DNA of 64,000 nt, from contig CAVPNL010000004.1 in NCBI GenBank assembly GCA_963706575.1, positions 32,001 through 96,000 on the forward strand, given 5' to 3'. The notes beneath the pieces were generated by a model. That model saw only the letters and a list, made by a program, of their open reading frames with translations, was not told where the DNA came from and made no database searches. Positions 60,124-64,000 of this stretch are shown here, in pieces (the stretch's first letter is position 1; each line of letters opens with the position of its first letter). The translations under genes and the position numbers were made by a program. The DNA comes from an uncultured delta proteobacterium (lineage in GTDB: Bacteria; Desulfobacterota; Desulfobacteria; Desulfobacterales; JAHEIW01).

Positions 60124-61131
60124 ATGATTTTTCGCAAATCAAAAAAAAATCGAAGCGAAGACAAGAACACTTCGTCAGAGTTTTCAAAATCACCTGTTGA
60201 AGAAACCGACCGGCAGTCTGAGACCGAGGCGGCCGACGGATATTTCCGACGGTTAAAGGAGGGGTTATCCAAAACTCGCAAAACCTTCTCCGACGGCTTT
60301 GATCGAATTTTTGCCGGTAAACAAAGAATCGATGATGACCTTTTGGAGGAACTTGAAGAATTATTAATTACATCAGACATTGGTGTGCAAACTGCAATGA
60401 CGCTAATGCAAAAGGTATCATCATCGAAAATTTCTGAGGTAGATCAGGTAAAATCCTTTCTTAAAGATGAAATTTTAGCCATTCTCGAGCCCCAAACAAC
60501 GGAACCGGAAATAGCGTTGCCTGTTCCCCGGGTAATAATGATCGTTGGCGTAAACGGAACCGGCAAAACCACCACCATCGGCAAACTTGCGGCCAGAGCA
60601 ACCGCCTCCGGGGAAAAGGTCCTGGTCGGAGCGGCGGACACGTTCCGTGCCGCCGCGATAGAACAACTGATGATATGGGCCGAAAGAGCAAAGGCAGATA
60701 TCGTCAAACACAAGGAAATGGCTGACCCGGCGGCAGTTGCTTTCGATGCGGTTGAGGCCGCAAAAGCCCGCAGCGCCGATCTGGTGTTGATTGATACGGC
60801 CGGCCGGCTGCATACAAAAGTCAATTTAATGGAAGAATTAAAAAAAATAAAACGCGCCATTTCAAAAAAAATACCGGATGCTCCCCATGAGATATTGCTG
60901 ATTCTGGATGCAACCACCGGTCAAAATGCATTATCCCAGGCCGAGCTATTTAACGACGCCTTAGGTGTCACCGGTTTGGCGCTGACGAAACTTGACGGCA
61001 CGGCTAAAGGCGGCATCGTCATCGGCATATGCAATGCCTTGAAAATACCCTTAAAATACATCGGCATCGGCGAAAAGGTCGAAGACTTGCAGAAGTTTAA
61101 TGCCGCTGAATTCGTTGATGCGCTTTTCTAG
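60124..61131 (+). CDS. ftsY: Signal recognition particle receptor FtsY
   Basis: GVNGTGKTTT, DTFRAAA, DTAGR, TKLDGTAKGG. Confidence 0.97.
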   Translation: MIFRKSKKNRSEDKNTSSEFSKSPVEETDRQSETEAADGYFRRLKEGLSKTRKTFSDGFDRIFAGKQRIDDDLLEELEELLITSDIGVQTAMTLMQKVSSSKISEVDQVKSFLKDEILAILEPQTTEPEIALPVPRVIMIVGVNGTGKTTTIGKLAARATASGEKVLVGAADTFRAAAIEQLMIWAERAKADIVKHKEMADPAAVAFDAVEAAKARSADLVLIDTAGRLHTKVNLMEELKKIKRAISKKIPDAPHEILLILDATTGQNALSQAELFNDALGVTGLALTKLDGTAKGGIVIGICNALKIPLKYIGIGEKVEDLQKFNAAEFVDALF

Positions 61132-61429
61132 ATCCTATGTGCAAGAATAATACATCCGCAGATTACGCAGATTCACGCAAATTATTTTTCAAGACCATGT
61201 TTTTTTTTAATCCGTGTAATCTGCGTAATCTGCGGATAATATCGAAAAATTGAAAAATAAATTCCCGTAAATGCCATCATGCAGCAGTTTGACGGAGATT
61301 ATTTCAGAAAAAGTGTTGTAAAATGTAGATTTCTGTTGACATCGATTTTAACTTTCTATATGGAAACAGAGAAATAGGCGATCGGTTAAGATTAACCTAA
61401 CTAATTGAACAAGAAGGGGGTAAAGCATT

Positions 61430-61702
61430 ATGACAAAGGCAGAACTGGTAGAAAAAGCGGCCAAAGATGCAAAAATTTCAAAAGTTGCAGCTGCAGCTGC
61501 GCTGAACTCATTCATGGAAGGTGTAACCAAAGCCCTGAAGAAAAAGGACGGTAAGGTTACACTGGTCGGCTTCGGCACATTCCAAAAAGTCCGCCGTAAA
61601 GCCCGTAAAGGACGGAATCCGCAAACCGGCGCGCCGATTAAAATTAAGGCCACCAACGTGGTTAAATTCCGCCCCGGCAAAAAACTCAGAGACTCCGTCT
61701 AA
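61430..61702 (+). CDS. hup: DNA-binding protein HU (paralog 2)
   Basis: MTKAELV...GFGTF...RKGRNPQTG. Confidence 0.97.
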   Translation: MTKAELVEKAAKDAKISKVAAAAALNSFMEGVTKALKKKDGKVTLVGFGTFQKVRRKARKGRNPQTGAPIKIKATNVVKFRPGKKLRDSV

Positions 61703-61712
61703 TCAAATCAAA

Positions 61713-61790
61713 AAACAACGGGCGATTTATGGTTAACATAGATCGCCCGTTCTGTTTCTACTGCCCCAATTGATTTAAGATCAATTGGGC
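61713..61790. terminator. Two hairpins between convergent hup and acyP
   Basis: AACGGGCGATTTATG/CATAGATCGCCCGTT followed by CTGTTT, and CCCAATTGAT/ATCAATTGGG. Confidence 0.75.
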
Positions 61791-61791
61791 G

Positions 61792-62070
61792 TTAGGTAAT
61801 ATCAAAACTTTCAAACTCTCCGGTGTAATCCTGCCACTTCACATCCACCTTATCCACGCGGGCCATCCGCGGCCCCTGCCGGCACCAATTCAGCGTGGCA
61901 TCAACATCCTGCTGCCGACCTTCAAAAACAGCTTCGACCGTGCCGTCGCGCTTGTTCCGCACCCATCCTAAAACGCCAAAGCCCTCAGCCGCACGTTGGG
62001 TTTCAACCCGAAAAAACACTCCCTGAACCCGTCCGGATATGACGGCATGGGCCCTTGCCTGTTTTTCCAT
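61792..62070 (-). CDS. acyP: Acylphosphatase
   Basis: ISGRVQGVFFR, GWVRN..DGTVE; GGAGG RBS before ATG 62070. Confidence 0.95.
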   Translation of the reverse strand: MEKQARAHAVISGRVQGVFFRVETQRAAEGFGVLGWVRNKRDGTVEAVFEGRQQDVDATLNWCRQGPRMARVDKVDVKWQDYTGEFESFDIT

Positions 62071-62222
62071 GTTTACCTCCTTGCGCTTCGCGCTGCATAG
62101 GGCAAGGCGCTTGGCGCATGGCGTTAAACAACATTTCAAATAGGATTAAGATGAAACCGGGTAAATCTCATCAAAATCGTGGAACCCTGGCCCTTTTTCT
62201 TTATGCGGTCAAGCTGCCTGCT

Positions 62223-64000
<1,778 letters not shown>

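Overview
Gene-dense chromosomal window from an anaerobic bacterium. Gene content and protein style suggest Desulfobacterota (Desulfobacterales-like); this is an inference. I see no rRNA, tRNA, CRISPR array or transposase. The most striking region is 4.2-20.5 kb. It holds the parts of a Firmicutes-type [FeFe]-hydrogenase/regulator locus (HydC/NuoE, HydB/NuoF, HydD-like 2Fe-2S protein, three DRTGG proteins, an RsbT/RsbW-like kinase, a group-D-like sensory hydrogenase homologue, a PHP phosphatase and a HATPase), split into two divergent operons. There is no catalytic HydA. In its place is a membrane-anchored RnfB-GltD/NfnB-like fusion with an in-frame TGA at a conserved Fe-S cysteine followed by a SECIS-like hairpin (probable selenoprotein), then RseC. 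A purine/methylthioadenosine salvage set (PNP, two MtaD-like deaminases, adenine deaminase, MtnA) is interleaved with it. Further along are an acyl-CoA ligase plus molybdopterin oxidoreductase island, an unidentified structured RNA candidate, hisD, AOR, fadN-fadA with a perfect FadR(YsiA)-type operator, a Ser/Thr kinase-LysM pair, an FGGY kinase with a sphingosine-1-phosphate-lyase-like gene, c-di-GMP genes, PPi-PFK, a polar amino-acid ABC transporter, smc-ftsY with tandem NrdR-like boxes, a second HU, acyP and ligA. About 15 frameshifts, all readable as single-base insertions, cluster in three places and are probably long-read errors. Intergenic spaces carry many REP/MITE-like palindromic repeats.
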